DNA from: an uncultured Pseudomonadales bacterium
GTDB taxonomy: Bacteria; Pseudomonadota; Gammaproteobacteria; Pseudomonadales; Azotimanducaceae
Assembly (NCBI GenBank): GCA_937775265.1
Contig: CALKBV010000002.1
Span: 118,538-182,537, forward strand
DNA: 64,000 bases
Direction of reading: 5' to 3'
Positions 62,171 to 64,000 of the stretch are shown here, one piece after another (position 1 is the stretch's first letter; each line of letters begins with the position of its first letter). Under the pieces are notes generated by a model. That model searched no databases. It saw only the letters and a list, made by a program, of their open reading frames with translations, and was not told where the DNA came from. The position numbers were made by a program, and so were the translations under genes.

Positions 62171-63262
62171 CTAGAACTCGAGAATCGCACGGCCACTAAT
62201 CTTGCCTTCCTCAAGCGCGGTGGTTGCTTCGTTGATCTGCTCGATGCTGTAGCGCTCCGTCACCATTTCTTCCAGCGGCAAATGACCATCCGCATGCCAT
62301 TGCAAGAACGTAGGAAAATCCCTGTCGGGCGCGCAGGAACCGCCGATACTGCCACGAAACTGCTTCTCATTGATCAGTATATCGATAGCATTTAACTCAA
62401 CCGGCGTAGAAGGCACGCCCACCAGCACCGCGGTCCCACCCACGTGTTCACCGAAGTGACAGGTTCTACAAGCCGGCGCAATTTGCTCCATGGTTTGCCG
62501 CAAGCCGATGCAATCAAAGGCGTAGTCCGCTCCGCTCACTAGCTGCCGGGTGATCGTGTATTCGCCTTCCCGAGCCGTCATGGCGTGAATGACAGCCACC
62601 GCGTCTTCACGACCCGCGTTGATCGTGTGGGTTGCACCAAAGCGCTTCGCGAATTCCAGCTTCGCATCGTCTAGATCAATAGCGATGATTGGACTAGCAC
62701 CGGCCATGCGCGCGCCTACCACCGCAGACAGGCCTACGCCGCCCACCCCAAAAATAGCGACGCTTTCACCAGCTTTCACACCGGCGGTGTTTATTACTGC
62801 TCCGGCACCCGTCATCACCGCACAACCAATTATCGAGGTGACATCTTTTTTGATATTGGCATCAGTCTTCACTACATACTGCTCGTCGCAGAGGGTGTGA
62901 TCAGCCCAGGTGAATACGTTTTCAGATTGCGCGGTGCCTCCCGTCACCTCAAGCGTTGCCCTCACCGGCAGGTCTGCAGCATCTCTTGCGGCCCGAGGAA
63001 CCCAGGTGACAAGCACAATATCGCCTTCATCAACATGAGTCACCGCACTGCCTTTCTTTAGAATAATGCCGGTCGCCTCATGGCCCAGTATAATCGGCGA
63101 GTTGCGCTCCCGATGCATTTGGTGCAACTGCGAATGACAGACTCCGGAGGCGTATTGCTTCACCACCACTTGTGTGGGACCCGGATCGGGCAAAGTCAGC
63201 TCCTGAACTTCGAGCGCGCCTGGCTTCTGTGGCAACACAACGACCCTGGCTGCTGTCCCCAT
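62171..63262 (-). CDS. Zn-dependent alcohol dehydrogenase
   Basis: It has GVCHSQLH and GHEATGII motifs and GVGGVGLS cofactor motifs. The start is set at MGTAARVVVL, preceded by a GGAGAA SD. Confidence 0.88.
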   Translation of the reverse strand: MGTAARVVVLPQKPGALEVQELTLPDPGPTQVVVKQYASGVCHSQLHQMHRERNSPIILGHEATGIILKKGSAVTHVDEGDIVLVTWVPRAARDAADLPVRATLEVTGGTAQSENVFTWADHTLCDEQYVVKTDANIKKDVTSIIGCAVMTGAGAVINTAGVKAGESVAIFGVGGVGLSAVVGARMAGASPIIAIDLDDAKLEFAKRFGATHTINAGREDAVAVIHAMTAREGEYTITRQLVSGADYAFDCIGLRQTMEQIAPACRTCHFGEHVGGTAVLVGVPSTPVELNAIDILINEKQFRGSIGGSCAPDRDFPTFLQWHADGHLPLEEMVTERYSIEQINEATTALEEGKISGRAILEF

Positions 63263-63388
63263 AATGTTCTCCTCTGCTGTCTTATTGAATGCATTATTTT
63301 GAGCGCGTACTGCGCTATTCCCTGACGGATATAAGCACTTCCTGTGACCTAGGTTCAAGCACTAATCTCGATAGCGCCAGCACCTGCG

Positions 63389-64000
63389 TCAGGATACCGA
63401 ACGTTTCAATAGCACACCCGTTCTATAGTAGTGAAAAGACCCCCACAGAATAACCACTAAACTGGTCATCAGCGCATAGCGTAAGCCATCAAGACCGTAT
63501 TCCGGTGAAAACACATCGCTAAAAAAGCCGACAGAAAAAGGCCCAAGCCCAAGTCCAATAATATTTCCTATAAACAGATTAATGGCCGCTGCTACCGAAC
63601 GCATTTCCGTTGGTGTCTGATTCTGTATCAATGCGAAACCAGGCGCGACATACACGGTCCCTAGTGCAGCCGGTAGCGCATAGGCCCACAAGGCGCCCGT
63701 CTGAGTGGCTGCCGTAAAACAAATATATAGAAAAGGAATCCCTAGTAAACTTGCTATTGCGACGATCCAGGGCAGCCATTGCTCCCCGTGTCGAGCGGCC
63801 AACAGATCGGCCAAACGACCCCCAAGATAAATGCCTACGGCCCCCCCAACGCCAATAAAAAGGGCGAGATAGGTGCCAACCTCACCAGTCCCCATGCCAT
63901 GAATGCGAACCAGATAAATCGGCACCCATATAACCGACGCATAACCTGTAAAAGAAATCAGTGTGCCTGCTGCAACAATGTTGCGAAGCACCGGGTTATA
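63389..64000 (-). CDS. MFS transporter (Spinster-like), C-terminal half; the N-terminus lies beyond the window end
   Basis: The frame stays open to the window edge. The C-terminal part resembles the 46989-48278 protein (FHYYRTG versus FHYWRAG). Confidence 0.75.
   Translation of the reverse strand, partial: YNPVLRNIVAAGTLISFTGYASVIWVPIYLVRIHGMGTGEVGTYLALFIGVGGAVGIYLGGRLADLLAARHGEQWLPWIVAIASLLGIPFLYICFTAATQTGALWAYALPAALGTVYVAPGFALIQNQTPTEMRSVAAAINLFIGNIIGLGLGPFSVGFFSDVFSPEYGLDGLRYALMTSLVVILWGSFHYYRTGVLLKRSVS

Overview
This is a chromosomal window from a gammaproteobacterium. Gene order from about 12.9 to 41.8 kb mirrors, as I recall it, two Pseudomonas aeruginosa PAO1 blocks (PA4690-4697 and PA4543-4569). 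GC looks moderate by eye. The minus strand carries a complete rrn operon: two tandem promoters, 16S, a 729-nt spacer with no tRNA genes, 23S, 5S and a terminator. Housekeeping genes are rimI/holD-like, msrPQ, pssA, ilvIH, pgeF, rluD, bamD, fkpB, lspA, ribF, murJ, rpsT, proB, obgE, rpmA, rplU and ispB. Type IV pilus genes are pilSR, fimT and a minor-pilin operon (pilE, fimU, pilVWX) ending in a 1751-aa PilY1 with an N-terminal adhesin-like extension. From 41.8 to 64 kb the window is accessory: a quinohemoprotein alcohol dehydrogenase, MFS and MATE transporters, a thiolase/DUF35 pair, a TonB-dependent receptor with a beta-helix lipoprotein and diheme cytochrome pair, and several dehydrogenases. 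The best hunting results are three. First, an orphan MotA/ExbB-type proton-channel operon (44854-46674) with two uncharacterised membrane partners, next to an IS6 transposase remnant. Second, a double-glycine-leader peptide plus a zinc-ribbon membrane protein just downstream of the rrn terminator (5877-6372). Third, a decaying stretch at 2.7-5.8 kb: an MBL hydrolase with an in-frame TAA fused to an EAL-domain fragment, and a frameshifted small ORF. A separate frameshift splits the DUF4124-like gene at about 17.95 kb. Relative to the recalled Pseudomonas synteny, ilvC, ileS and ispH are absent. No CRISPR array, tRNA gene or intact mobile element was found. All family assignments come from reading motifs by eye; no searches were run.
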